From positions 10,685 through 74,684 of the forward strand of contig JAZNAE010000005.1 of NCBI GenBank assembly GCA_045586385.1: DNA of 64,000 nucleotides, in the 5' to 3' direction. This document shows positions 20,644 through 30,103 of the stretch, in pieces. Both the position numbers and the translations under genes were made by a program. Within the stretch, counting starts at the first letter, position 1; each line of letters starts with the position of its first letter. Source of the DNA: Lachnospiraceae bacterium (GTDB lineage: Bacteria > Bacillota > Clostridia > Lachnospirales > Lachnospiraceae). The notes under the pieces are model-generated. The model had not been told where the DNA came from and did not search any database. It worked only from the letters and a program-made list of their open reading frames with translations.

Positions 20644-21345
20644 ATGCAGGCGTGGTTTGAAAAAATTGGCAAAATGTTTACAATGGCATTTGTGGAAGGT
20701 GACAGATGGAAATTGTACATAGAAGGTTTGGGTGTGACACTTCAGATTGCTTTCTTTGCTGCAATTTTTGGTCTAATCATCGGTACGATAGTTGCACTGA
20801 TGAAGCTTTCTACAAAACGAAACGGAGAAAAAACAATTTGGGCACATATTGCGAGTATATACATCGATATTATTCGTGGGACACCGTCAGTACTTCAGCT
20901 CCTTATCATGTGGTTTATTATTATGAAGGATTGTAAGAACGGTGTACTGGTTGCAGTACTGTCTTTTGGTATTAACAGCGGTGCTTATGTGGCAGAGATT
21001 GTAAGGGCCGGCATCTTGGCAGTAGATAAGGGACAGACAGAAGCCGGTAGGAGCCTGGGTTTGTCAAAAGCCCAAACCATGCTTTATATTGTAATACCAC
21101 AGGCAATTAAGAATGTTCTTCCGCCTATCGGAAATGAATTTATTGTACTGTTAAAGGAAACTGCAATTGTAGGTTATGTAAGTTTAACGGATTTGACCCG
21201 TGTGGCGAATCAGATTACATCCAGAACTTATGAAGCATTTATGCCTTTAATCGGAGCGGCAGTCATTTACTTTACCATAATTAAGATATTAACCATACTG
21301 CTTGAAAGATTGGAAAGGAGGCTGCGTAAGAGTGATAACCGTTAA
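20644..21345 (+). CDS. Polar amino-acid ABC transporter permease
   Basis: RGTP, AY.AE..RAG, GQ.EAGRSLG (EAA loop), LKET. Confidence 0.93.
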   Translation: MQAWFEKIGKMFTMAFVEGDRWKLYIEGLGVTLQIAFFAAIFGLIIGTIVALMKLSTKRNGEKTIWAHIASIYIDIIRGTPSVLQLLIMWFIIMKDCKNGVLVAVLSFGINSGAYVAEIVRAGILAVDKGQTEAGRSLGLSKAQTMLYIVIPQAIKNVLPPIGNEFIVLLKETAIVGYVSLTDLTRVANQITSRTYEAFMPLIGAAVIYFTIIKILTILLERLERRLRKSDNR

Positions 21346-22054
21346 AGACTTACATAAAACATTTGAAGATAATCATGTTCTCCGTGGGGTGGATTATCAT
21401 ATCCATCAGGGAGAGAAAATTGTTGTGGTAGGACCTTCCGGTTCAGGAAAGAGTACGTTTCTGCGCTGCCTCAATTTATTAGAGACACCTACCAAGGGTG
21501 AAATATGGTTTGACGGACAGCTTATTACCGATCCTAAAGTAAATATTGATAAAGTCAGACAACACATGGGTATGGTATTCCAGAATTTTAATTTGTTTAA
21601 TAATCTGACAATTATGGACAACATTACCCTTGCACCTGTAAAACTCAAATTAAAGAGTAAAGAAGAAGCATGCGAGGAAGCACTGGCGCTGCTTAACCGT
21701 GTAGGACTTACGGAGAAAGCGGATGCTTATCCCAGCCAGCTTTCCGGCGGACAGAAGCAGAGAATTGCCATCGTGCGTTCCCTTGCCATGAATCCCAAGG
21801 TGATGCTGTTTGATGAACCTACTTCTGCACTTGATCCGGAAATGGTGGGAGAAGTATTAGAGGTTATGAAGGGACTTGCTGAAACAGGTATGACCATGGT
21901 GGTGGTAACTCATGAAATGGGATTTGCCAGGGAAGTGGGAACCAAAGTCCTTTTTATGGATGAAGGAATTATTATGGAAGAAAATACGCCGACAGAATTT
22001 TTCAGCAATCCAAAATGTGACAGATTACAGGAATTTTTATCCAAAGTATTATAA
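21332..22054 (+). CDS. Polar amino-acid ABC transporter ATPase (GlnQ-like)
   Basis: [36 protein letters not shown] 21332 after GGAGG. Confidence 0.93.
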   Translation: MITVKDLHKTFEDNHVLRGVDYHIHQGEKIVVVGPSGSGKSTFLRCLNLLETPTKGEIWFDGQLITDPKVNIDKVRQHMGMVFQNFNLFNNLTIMDNITLAPVKLKLKSKEEACEEALALLNRVGLTEKADAYPSQLSGGQKQRIAIVRSLAMNPKVMLFDEPTSALDPEMVGEVLEVMKGLAETGMTMVVVTHEMGFAREVGTKVLFMDEGIIMEENTPTEFFSNPKCDRLQEFLSKVL

Positions 22055-22061
22055 TTAATGC

Positions 22062-22090
22062 TTTACATACCAAGGGATTTGTGTTATTAT
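22062..22090 (+). promoter_or_regulatory. sigmaA promoter of rpsO
   Basis: TTTACA-17-TATTAT with extended TG. Confidence 0.65.
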
Positions 22091-22094
22091 CACT

Positions 22095-22165
22095 AGGTAT
22101 GGAATTTAGCCAAGGCTCAGAGTCCGGATTACTCCAACCACATCTTAGCCTTAGGCGGTTTAAAA
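22095..22165 (+). ncRNA. Ribosomal protein S15 leader (autoregulatory structure), candidate
   Basis: CCAAGGCT..AGA (22110-22121) pairs with TCT.AGCCTTAGG (22143-22155) in the rpsO 5' UTR, where S15 leaders are known in Firmicutes. Confidence 0.6.
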
Positions 22166-22183
22166 GATTAGGAGGAAAAAGAA

Positions 22184-22450
22184 ATGATTTCTAAGGAAAA
22201 GAAAGCAGCAATCATGAAAGAATACGCAACATGTGCTAACGATACAGGTTCACCTGAAGTACAGATTGCAGTATTAACAGCAAGAATTCAGGAGCTTACA
22301 GCTCACTTAAAGGAACATCCGAAGGATAACCATTCCAGAAGAGGTATGTTCAAGATGGTAGGTCAGAGACGTGGTTTACTTGATTATCTTAAGAAGAAAG
22401 ATATTGAAAGATACCGTTCTTTGATTGAAAGATTAGGCTTAAGAAAGTAA
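22184..22450 (+). CDS. rpsO: 30S ribosomal protein S15
   Basis: [24 protein letters not shown]. Confidence 0.98.
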   Translation: MISKEKKAAIMKEYATCANDTGSPEVQIAVLTARIQELTAHLKEHPKDNHSRRGMFKMVGQRRGLLDYLKKKDIERYRSLIERLGLRK

Positions 22451-22458
22451 GAATCAAT

Positions 22459-22497
22459 GAGGCGGAGCAGACGAAGCATTCGGATACTCCGCCTTTT
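22459..22497 (+). terminator. rpsO terminator
   Basis: GAGGCGGAG...CTCCGCCTT stem then TTTT. Confidence 0.7.
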
Positions 22498-22511
22498 AAG
22501 CAAAAAGGAAT

Positions 22512-22637
22512 AGGAGATATTTATTGCAAGGCCATCGTCAAGAAGTAACATAATGCTTTTGCAGACGGAGAAGTATTATGTTGCTTTTTGACAGATGATT
22601 TGACTATCATCAGCAAACGTTTTGCATGGTATCTCCT
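22512..22637 (+). ncRNA. Long structured 5' leader of pnp
   Basis: 23-bp helix 22537-22559/22570-22592 whose four deviations are all G-U; closing stems AGGAGATA/TATCTCCT and TGCAA/TTGCA. Confidence 0.6.
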
Positions 22638-22667
22638 TTCACAATAAAAAAGAAAAGGAGAAAAATT

Positions 22668-24758
22668 ATGTACAAGACATTTTCAATGGAACTTGCAGGC
22701 CGCACACTCAGCGTTGATGTAAACAGAGTGGGCAAACAGGCTAACGGATGTGCTTTTATGCACTATGGTGATACTACAGTATTATCTACAGCAACAGCAT
22801 CCGATAAGCCCAGAGAGGGAATTGATTTCTTCCCTTTAAGTGTAGAGTATGAAGAAAAACTTTACGCAGTAGGAAAAATTCCCGGTGGATTTAACAAAAG
22901 GGAAGGAAAGGCATCTGAAAATGCTATCCTTACAAGCCGTGTAATCGACAGACCTATGCGTCCGTTATTCCCTAAGGATTACAGAAATGATGTAACATTA
23001 AACAATATGGTTATGAGTGTTGACCCTGAGTGTCGTCCTGAACTTGTAGCTATGCTTGGTGCAGCAATCGCAACCTGTATTTCCGACATTCCTTTTGATG
23101 GTCCTTGTGCTATGACACAGATGGGACTTGTTGATGGTGAACTTGTAGTAAACCCCAATCAGGAACAGTGGAAGAACGGTGACTTAAGCTTAACGGTTGC
23201 ATCTACCAAAGAAAAAGTAATTATGATTGAAGCAGGTGCTAACGAAGTGCCTGAAGATAAGATGATTGAAGCTATTTACAAGGCTCATGAAATTAATCAG
23301 ACAATTATTGCTTTTATTGAAAGCATTGTAGCTGAAGTAGGTAAGACAAAACACGAATACACAAGCTGTGCGATTCCTGAAGAATTATTTGCAGCAATCA
23401 AGGAAATCGTTCCTCCTGCTGAAATGGAAGAAGCAGTTTTTACAGACGAAAAACAGGTTCGTGAAGAAAATATTAAAAACATTACAGCTAGATTAGAAGA
23501 AGCATTTGCTGAAAATGAAGAATGGCTTGCTCTTTTAGGAGAAGCAATTTATCAGTATGAAAAGAAGACCGTCCGTAAGATGATTTTAAAGGATCATAAG
23601 CGTCCTGACGGCCGTGATATTACGCAGATCCGTCCTCTTGCAGCAGAAGTAGATTTAATCCCCAGAGTACATGGTAGTGCAATGTTCACACGTGGACAGA
23701 CACAGATCTGTAACGTATGTACACTTGCTCCCTTATCTGAACAGCAGAGAATCGATGGTCTTGATGAAAATGAAGTAAGCAAGCGTTATATGCATCATTA
23801 TAACTTCCCTTCCTACTCTGTAGGTGAAACAAAGCCTTCCAGAGGTCCCGGAAGAAGAGAAATCGGTCACGGTGCATTAGCAGAAAAAGCACTTATTCCT
23901 GTGCTTCCTTCTGAAGAAGAATTCCCTTATGCAATCCGTACCGTATCCGAAACATTTGAATCCAATGGTTCTACATCCATGGCTTCCACATGTGCATCCT
24001 GTATGTCACTTATGGCTGCTGGTGTTCCCATTAAGAGCATGGTTGCAGGTATTTCCTGTGGTCTTGTTACAGGTGATACAGATGATGACTTCGTACTTCT
24101 TACAGATATCCAGGGTCTTGAAGACTTCTTCGGTGATATGGACTTTAAGGTAACAGGTACAACAGAAGGTATCACAGCAATCCAGATGGATATTAAGATT
24201 CATGGTCTTACAAGACCTATCGTGGAAGGTGCGATTGCAAGATGCCGCGAAGCAAGACTTTTCATTATGGATAACTGCATGAAGCCTGCAATTGCAGAAC
24301 CCAGACCGGAAGTTGGACCGTATGCACCCAAGATTGTATCTCTTCAGATTGATCCTGAAAAGATCGGTGATGTTGTAGGCCAGCGTGGAAAGACAATTAA
24401 TGAAATTATTGCACGTACAGGCGTTAAGATTGATATCACAGATGACGGTATGGTATCTGTTTGCGGTACTGACGCAGCAATGATGGATAAGGCAATCGAA
24501 TATATTAAGACTATCGTAACAGATTACCAGGAAGGCCAGATTTTCAAGGGTATCGTAGTAAGCATTAAAGAGTTCGGTGCTTTCGTAGAATTTGCTCCCG
24601 GTAAGGAAGGTATGGTTCATATCTCCAAGATTGCAAAAGAAAGAATTAACCATGTAGAAGATGTACTTACACTTGGTGACAAGGTAACTGTTGTATGCCT
24701 TGGAAAAGACAAGATGGGAAGAATGAGCTTCTCCATGAAAGACGTAGCACAGCAGTAA
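22668..24758 (+). CDS. pnp: Polyribonucleotide nucleotidyltransferase
   Basis: FFPL.VEYEE, R.IDRP.RP, HGSAMFTRGQTQ, RREIGHG, SNGSTSMAS, GDMDFKV, KH+S1; ATG 22668 after AGGAG. Confidence 0.98.
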   Translation: MYKTFSMELAGRTLSVDVNRVGKQANGCAFMHYGDTTVLSTATASDKPREGIDFFPLSVEYEEKLYAVGKIPGGFNKREGKASENAILTSRVIDRPMRPLFPKDYRNDVTLNNMVMSVDPECRPELVAMLGAAIATCISDIPFDGPCAMTQMGLVDGELVVNPNQEQWKNGDLSLTVASTKEKVIMIEAGANEVPEDKMIEAIYKAHEINQTIIAFIESIVAEVGKTKHEYTSCAIPEELFAAIKEIVPPAEMEEAVFTDEKQVREENIKNITARLEEAFAENEEWLALLGEAIYQYEKKTVRKMILKDHKRPDGRDITQIRPLAAEVDLIPRVHGSAMFTRGQTQICNVCTLAPLSEQQRIDGLDENEVSKRYMHHYNFPSYSVGETKPSRGPGRREIGHGALAEKALIPVLPSEEEFPYAIRTVSETFESNGSTSMASTCASCMSLMAAGVPIKSMVAGISCGLVTGDTDDDFVLLTDIQGLEDFFGDMDFKVTGTTEGITAIQMDIKIHGLTRPIVEGAIARCREARLFIMDNCMKPAIAEPRPEVGPYAPKIVSLQIDPEKIGDVVGQRGKTINEIIARTGVKIDITDDGMVSVCGTDAAMMDKAIEYIKTIVTDYQEGQIFKGIVVSIKEFGAFVEFAPGKEGMVHISKIAKERINHVEDVLTLGDKVTVVCLGKDKMGRMSFSMKDVAQQ

Positions 24759-24772
24759 GATATTGATGATAG

Positions 24773-24801
24773 AAAAGAACAGCGGAAGCTGTTCTTTTTT
24801 T
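24773..24801 (+). terminator. pnp terminator
   Basis: AAAAGAACAGC-ggaa-GCTGTTCTTTT + TTT. Confidence 0.85.
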
Positions 24802-24814
24802 GTGCGATAAAATA

Positions 24815-24843
24815 GTCATATCTGAAATCCAATTTCATATATT
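24815..24843 (+). promoter_or_regulatory. sigmaE-type promoter of spoIIIA
   Basis: GTCATATC...CATATATT resembles the sigmaE consensus; spoIIIA is a known sigmaE operon. Confidence 0.7.
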
Positions 24844-24873
24844 GAGATAAGAGGCTATGTCGGGGAGGTTGAT

Positions 24874-25800
24874 ATGAAAGAGCAGGAAGTGCTAAATATT
24901 TTTCCGCAGCAATTAAGACAGAAATTCCATTATATTGCACAGAAAGCGGATAAGCTCCAGGAAATTAGGCTGTGTGTAAACCAGCCGGTAAGAGTTCTTT
25001 TGGAAAATGAAGAATATTTTTTGGGCAGAACGGGTGATGTTAGTAAAATTATCGGTAACAGCAACTGGTACATATCCATAAGTGAGATGGAACAAATTCT
25101 TGATCATATCTGCAGTTATTCCAGATATGCCTATGAAGAAGAAATCGGACAAGGCTTTATAACAGTGCCGGGTGGGCATAGAGTGGGGCTTTCGGGACAG
25201 GTAATCTTAGGTGAAGATGCAAAAGTCAAAAACATAAAATATATCAGATGTATGAATATCCGAATAGCACATGAGATAAAAGGTGCTGCAGATACACTGC
25301 TACCGCTTGTTTATGAAAACGCAAGATTATGCAATATACTTCTGATTGCTCCGCCGGGATGCGGAAAAACAACCATGCTCCGGGATTTGATACGTCAGGT
25401 CTCTAATGGAAATGAATGGGCAGAGGGAAAGCAGATTGGTGTGGTGGATGAACGTTCAGAAATAGCAGGCTCTTATATGGGGATTCCCGGGAACGATTTG
25501 GGTATTAGGACATATGTGCTTGACGGGTGTCCCAAAGTGCAGGGAATGATGATGCTTCTTCGCTCTATGGCACCACAAGTGATTGCAGTAGACGAAGTTG
25601 GAGGAAAAGAAGACAGACAAGCCATACAAAATATCCTCCGGTGTGGATGTAATGTGATTGCCACCATGCATGGGAGTTCCATGGAAGAGGTGAAAAGCAG
25701 GGGGATAGATGAGAGCATGTTTGAGCGGTTTGTTTTTCTAGGTAAGAAAGATGGAAAGTGTGCTCTTTTAACTGTTTATAAAGGCAAAGGGGACAATTGA
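24874..25800 (+). CDS. spoIIIAA: Stage III sporulation protein AA (ATPase)
   Basis: GHRVG..G, NIRIAHE, PPGCGKTT.LRD, VDERSEIA, P.VIAVDE.G. Confidence 0.93.
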   Translation: MKEQEVLNIFPQQLRQKFHYIAQKADKLQEIRLCVNQPVRVLLENEEYFLGRTGDVSKIIGNSNWYISISEMEQILDHICSYSRYAYEEEIGQGFITVPGGHRVGLSGQVILGEDAKVKNIKYIRCMNIRIAHEIKGAADTLLPLVYENARLCNILLIAPPGCGKTTMLRDLIRQVSNGNEWAEGKQIGVVDERSEIAGSYMGIPGNDLGIRTYVLDGCPKVQGMMMLLRSMAPQVIAVDEVGGKEDRQAIQNILRCGCNVIATMHGSSMEEVKSRGIDESMFERFVFLGKKDGKCALLTVYKGKGDN

Positions 25801-25801
25801 C

Positions 25802-26320
25802 ATGGTGAAGTTATTTGGAGTTATTTTGCTGATAGCCGGTTCAACCGGGTTTTCTTATTGTATGTGTCAGGATAGAAAGAAAAAACTTTTTCTTCTGAAA
25901 GAGATGCGGAGATTGTTTTTTCTGATGCAGGATGAAATCAGATATTCAGGGCTTCCTATTACGGAAATTATAAAAGGAGTGGCTGATAAAATAGAGGAGC
26001 CATTTTGTAAAGCCTTACATAAAGTCGGAGAAAATCTGACATGGGAGGATGGGAGAAACTTAAGGGACATATGGGAACAGGAGATGCGTAGTATGCTTGT
26101 AGGATTACCGCTAGCAGCACAGCAAATAGAACTGTTTATCAAATTTCCGGATTTACTGGGAATGGCAGAGAGAGAAGGACAAGCAGATGTACTAAAAGGA
26201 TATCTGAAGGAATTTGACAACTGGATAGTACAGTTTGAACAAGAAGAGAAAAGTAAAAACAAAGTAATTATGAGTATGGGAATGGCAACCGGTATTTTGT
26301 TGTCCGTTTTACTGCTTTAA
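25802..26320 (+). CDS. spoIIIAB: Stage III sporulation protein AB
   Basis: N- and C-terminal TM, EIRYSGLP; operon position. Confidence 0.85.
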   Translation: MVKLFGVILLIAGSTGFSYCMCQDRKKKLFLLKEMRRLFFLMQDEIRYSGLPITEIIKGVADKIEEPFCKALHKVGENLTWEDGRNLRDIWEQEMRSMLVGLPLAAQQIELFIKFPDLLGMAEREGQADVLKGYLKEFDNWIVQFEQEEKSKNKVIMSMGMATGILLSVLLL

Positions 26321-26337
26321 ACAGATATGGAGGAACT

Positions 26338-26532
26338 ATGGAAGTAAGTCTGATTTTTAAAATAGCAGCAGTGGGAATTCTGATAACCATCCTAAGTCAG
26401 ATATTGAAACATAGCGGAAGAGAGGAACATGCCTTTTTAATCAGTTTGGCCGGACTGATTCTGGTACTCACATGGATATTGCCCTATATTTATGACTTGT
26501 TTGTTATGATTCAGGATTTGTTTGCTATGTAA
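26338..26532 (+). CDS. spoIIIAC: Stage III sporulation protein AC
   Basis: LIFKIAAVGIL...LKHSGREEHA. Confidence 0.93.
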   Translation: MEVSLIFKIAAVGILITILSQILKHSGREEHAFLISLAGLILVLTWILPYIYDLFVMIQDLFAM

Positions 26533-26550
26533 GAATGGAAGGAAACATAT

Positions 26551-26937
26551 ATGGAAGTAGTGAAAATCGGAATATTGGGTGTGGCAGGTGTGATGCTGGC
26601 ACTTCAGTTTAAGAATATCAGACCGGAAATCAGTGTATATATCGGATTGGCAATAGGTGTAATTATTTTTGTTTCTACAATAGAAGGGCTGTTTGGAATG
26701 ATAGAAAGAATGGAGGCTCTTCAAAAATACATGGAGACCGGCGGTTCATATTTTAAATTGCTGTTTAAAGCAGTGGGAGTTACCTATATTTGTGAGTTTA
26801 CGGCGTCCATATGCAAAGATGCAGGGTATGGGGCAGTGGCAGGACAAATTGAAATATTCGGAAAACTGACAGTTCTATTTATGGGAATGCCGGCTCTTAT
26901 GTCGATTATTGAAAATATCAGTACCATAGCAGGATAG
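26551..26937 (+). CDS. spoIIIAD: Stage III sporulation protein AD
   Basis: YICEF.ASICKDAG..A.A.QIE..GK. Confidence 0.93.
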   Translation: MEVVKIGILGVAGVMLALQFKNIRPEISVYIGLAIGVIIFVSTIEGLFGMIERMEALQKYMETGGSYFKLLFKAVGVTYICEFTASICKDAGYGAVAGQIEIFGKLTVLFMGMPALMSIIENISTIAG

Positions 26938-26940
26938 GTT

Positions 26941-28116
26941 ATGAACATGAAATGGACAAGATATGTGATGCAATATAGTTTAATAATTCCTTTTGTATGT
27001 ATACTGACATTTTTTAGCCCGGTTTGTGTACAGGCAAAGGCGGATGAAGAAGCCGAAAGGGTGGATGAATATATATGGGCGCAAATGGAAGATTATGATT
27101 TAGAGGAAATAGAAAACGGATTTGAAGGATTATTTCCGGGGATATCCCTGGATATGGATGAAATTTTTTCTTACATCATGAAAGGAGAGCTTTTACAGGC
27201 AGGGAAAGTTTTCCTTTGGAGCATCAGGGAAGGGATTGCGGGAGATATAACGGGAGTAAAAGAAGTACTTGTAAGTATCCTGATGATTGGAATCGTCTCT
27301 GCGCTGTTTTCCAATTTTTCAGATATTTTTTCAGGGAAACAGGTAGCACAGGTAGGGTTTTATTTTTTGTATTTGCTGCTCATGGCAGTGCTTACCCGTG
27401 CGTTTGTGGCAGCAGCGGAATTTGCAACTCTTGCCATGGAAAATGCAGTGTTGTTTGTAAAGATGTTCATCCCTACATGGTTTATTGCAGTGGGAACGGC
27501 AAGTGGCAGTGCTACGGCGATATTTTATTATCAGGTAATGCTGGTGGTTGCGTACCTGGTGGAAAGTTTTTTACTTAAGGTGCTTGTACCCTTTGTATAC
27601 AGTTATGTAGTTTTGGCCCTTTTAAACGGAATATGGGCGGAAGAGAGACTTTCCCTCCTGCTGGATTTATTGAAAAAGGTAATTGTTTTTAGCCAGAAGC
27701 TGGCAATGGGGGCTATTACGGGACTGAGTCTGGTTCAGTCGGTAATTTTGCCGGTTTTGGACGGACTAAAGATAACAGCGCTCAGAAAGGCGGTTTCTGC
27801 TATTCCCGGTATTGGGGGAATGGCGGAGGGGGTAACGGAGTTGGTAATCGGTTCAGCGGTTTTAATAAAAAACAGTTTGGGGATTTTGTTGTTTATGCTT
27901 CTTATTGTTGCCTGTGTGATTCCCATGGCGAAGCTTTTTTTGATTGGCGGAATTGTAAAAATCGGTGCGGCAGTATCGGGAATTATCAGTGACAAAAGAA
28001 TATCGGGATGTGCGGACCGGGTGGGGGAAGGATTATTTCTACTGCTCAGATGCCTGTTTACGTCCGTGGCACTGTTTTTAATCGTCATTGCAGTGGTGGC
28101 ATATTCACTCAAATGA
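26941..28116 (+). CDS. spoIIIAE: Stage III sporulation protein AE
   Basis: Polytopic; IPGIG......V..S.VLIKN..G. Confidence 0.9.
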   Translation: MNMKWTRYVMQYSLIIPFVCILTFFSPVCVQAKADEEAERVDEYIWAQMEDYDLEEIENGFEGLFPGISLDMDEIFSYIMKGELLQAGKVFLWSIREGIAGDITGVKEVLVSILMIGIVSALFSNFSDIFSGKQVAQVGFYFLYLLLMAVLTRAFVAAAEFATLAMENAVLFVKMFIPTWFIAVGTASGSATAIFYYQVMLVVAYLVESFLLKVLVPFVYSYVVLALLNGIWAEERLSLLLDLLKKVIVFSQKLAMGAITGLSLVQSVILPVLDGLKITALRKAVSAIPGIGGMAEGVTELVIGSAVLIKNSLGILLFMLLIVACVIPMAKLFLIGGIVKIGAAVSGIISDKRISGCADRVGEGLFLLLRCLFTSVALFLIVIAVVAYSLK

Positions 28117-28134
28117 AAGAGGGGAAGGAACTTT

Positions 28135-28617
28135 ATGTTGGCGATAGTAAAAGAAGTAGGTATTTTCGTTGTGATTGCACAGGCGATTCTTTATTTTGTG
28201 CCAAGTGAAAATTATGTGAAATATGTAAAGGTATTAATTGGTGTTATGATGGTTGCGAAACTGATTACGCCTATCTTTTCGTTGCTTTCGGGAGAAGTGT
28301 TTTCAGAACTGACTTATGAAGGAGAAGTATTTTTGGAAAGTATGGAAAAGGCAGAAATAAGTGCTGTAGGGGAGACGATGGAAGGAAAGATATATGAACA
28401 AATTCAAAGCGAAATGAAAGAAAAACTGGAAAAAGACCCCGTGGAAGGTTTTGTTATTAAGGATGTATACATAGAAGAAACAAAGGAAGGAATCGGGCAG
28501 GTGACCATTCTTGTCCAAAATGTGGGAAATGAAAAAAATGTTGCAAAGGAAGAACTGTTGAAGAGACATTATCAGGAACTTCTTCAGACAGATGCTATCA
28601 ATTTGCAAGTAAAATAG
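28135..28617 (+). CDS. spoIIIAF: Stage III sporulation protein AF
   Basis: Two N-terminal TM, P...Y.KYVK...G; operon position. Confidence 0.8.
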   Translation: MLAIVKEVGIFVVIAQAILYFVPSENYVKYVKVLIGVMMVAKLITPIFSLLSGEVFSELTYEGEVFLESMEKAEISAVGETMEGKIYEQIQSEMKEKLEKDPVEGFVIKDVYIEETKEGIGQVTILVQNVGNEKNVAKEELLKRHYQELLQTDAINLQVK

Positions 28618-28633
28618 AGGAAAGGGAAAAAGA

Positions 28634-29251
28634 TTGAAAAAACTGAAAAAGGAAAATTTTATAGTGATACTCTTGATGGGGGTGTTGCTCATGGTGATTG
28701 TTTGGCCCATGCCGGATAAAAAAACTGATACGAAGAAAGAAAAGTCCTCTTTATCGGACGGGGTAAGTGGTATGTTAGATAAAACAGGCGGCGATGGCAA
28801 GATGACTACGAAGGAAGTGCTGCCTGCAGCAACCACGAAAGAGCAGTGGGGCAGTTATACAGATTTTCTGGAAAGCACGTTGGAAGATGTACTTTTAACA
28901 ATGGAAGGAGCGGGGAAAGTTAAGGTAATGATAACATTGGAGGACTCCGGAGAAACGGTTGTGGAAAAGGATGTTACCACAGGACTTGATTCTTCCACGC
29001 AGGTGGATGCTGACGGAGCCAGCCATAATACCGGTAGCAATGAAAAGACGGGCGAGACCGTATATGTAAATGAAGACGGAGAGACATATCCTTATGTAAG
29101 GCAGGTTCTATGTCCTAAAGTGAAGGGAGTTCTGGTTTCGGCACAAGGCGGAGATAATCAGACAGTGAAGAAAAATATTACAGAGGCAATCCAGGCATTA
29201 TTCGGAATAGATGCACATAAAATAAAAATAATTAAAATGAGTTCTGAGTAA
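28634..29251 (+). CDS. spoIIIAG: Stage III sporulation protein AG
   Basis: LE..L..MEGAG.VKVM, P.V.GVLV.AQG, ALFGI..HKI.I; TTG start. Confidence 0.9.
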   Translation: MKKLKKENFIVILLMGVLLMVIVWPMPDKKTDTKKEKSSLSDGVSGMLDKTGGDGKMTTKEVLPAATTKEQWGSYTDFLESTLEDVLLTMEGAGKVKVMITLEDSGETVVEKDVTTGLDSSTQVDADGASHNTGSNEKTGETVYVNEDGETYPYVRQVLCPKVKGVLVSAQGGDNQTVKKNITEAIQALFGIDAHKIKIIKMSSE

Positions 29252-29264
29252 AGGAGATGCAGAA

Positions 29265-30050
29265 TTGAGAAATATGATGAAAAAGAATCAGATTATGATT
29301 ACGGCTCTGGCTATTATGATTGCAGTGGCAGGATACCTGAATTTTGCCGGGGAACAAATTACGGATGAAGAAATTATGACGACAGCAGCAGAGAGTGCTG
29401 TCAGCAGTATGGAGGAAGAAGTATATGATGAAATATATGAAGATACGGATGTTGCCACTTTGTTTGAAATATCGGATGAAGATATGGAGCAGGCAGAAAA
29501 CGGAGACATTGCCAGTTTAGATACAGATATTATTACCGAGCAGGAAAACTATCTGGATGAATCCATGGAAGAGGTAATAGGTGAGACTACGGAAGAAATA
29601 GCCACAGAAACAATGAGCGAACAGACGCAGGCAGTGGTATCCGAACAACTTTCAGGTACGGAAACTCCCGGAGAGGCAGTATTTACTGCGACCGCTGATT
29701 TGGATGCATCATCCGGTGCAAAGCTTTTAAAAGAGCAGACAAGAGCTAAGAATAAAGAAACATTACTTGAAATTATCAATAATGTAAATATCAGTGAAGA
29801 CCAGAAGCAGGAAGCAATTGACAATATGATTTCCCTTACGGATATTGCAGAAAAAGAAACAGCTGCCGAAATTCTTTTGGAAGCGAAGGGGTTTGATGAT
29901 GTAGTGGTGAGTATTGCAGATGACGGTGTGGATGTAGTGGTGAATGCAGCTGAACTGACAGAAGCACAGCGTGCACAGATTGAAGATATCGTTGTCCGTA
30001 AAACCGGAATTGCAGCGGAAAATATTGTAATCAGCACTATTACAGAATAG
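29265..30050 (+). CDS. spoIIIAH: Stage III sporulation protein AH
   Basis: KKNQI.I..L..MI.VAGYLN, E.LLEAKGF.D.VV, I.DIV.R.TGI. Confidence 0.92.
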   Translation: MRNMMKKNQIMITALAIMIAVAGYLNFAGEQITDEEIMTTAAESAVSSMEEEVYDEIYEDTDVATLFEISDEDMEQAENGDIASLDTDIITEQENYLDESMEEVIGETTEEIATETMSEQTQAVVSEQLSGTETPGEAVFTATADLDASSGAKLLKEQTRAKNKETLLEIINNVNISEDQKQEAIDNMISLTDIAEKETAAEILLEAKGFDDVVVSIADDGVDVVVNAAELTEAQRAQIEDIVVRKTGIAAENIVISTITE

Positions 30051-30103
30051 CAAAATGTGGTATCCTATTACAGAGATGATAACAAACAGAAAGGAACACA
30101 GGA

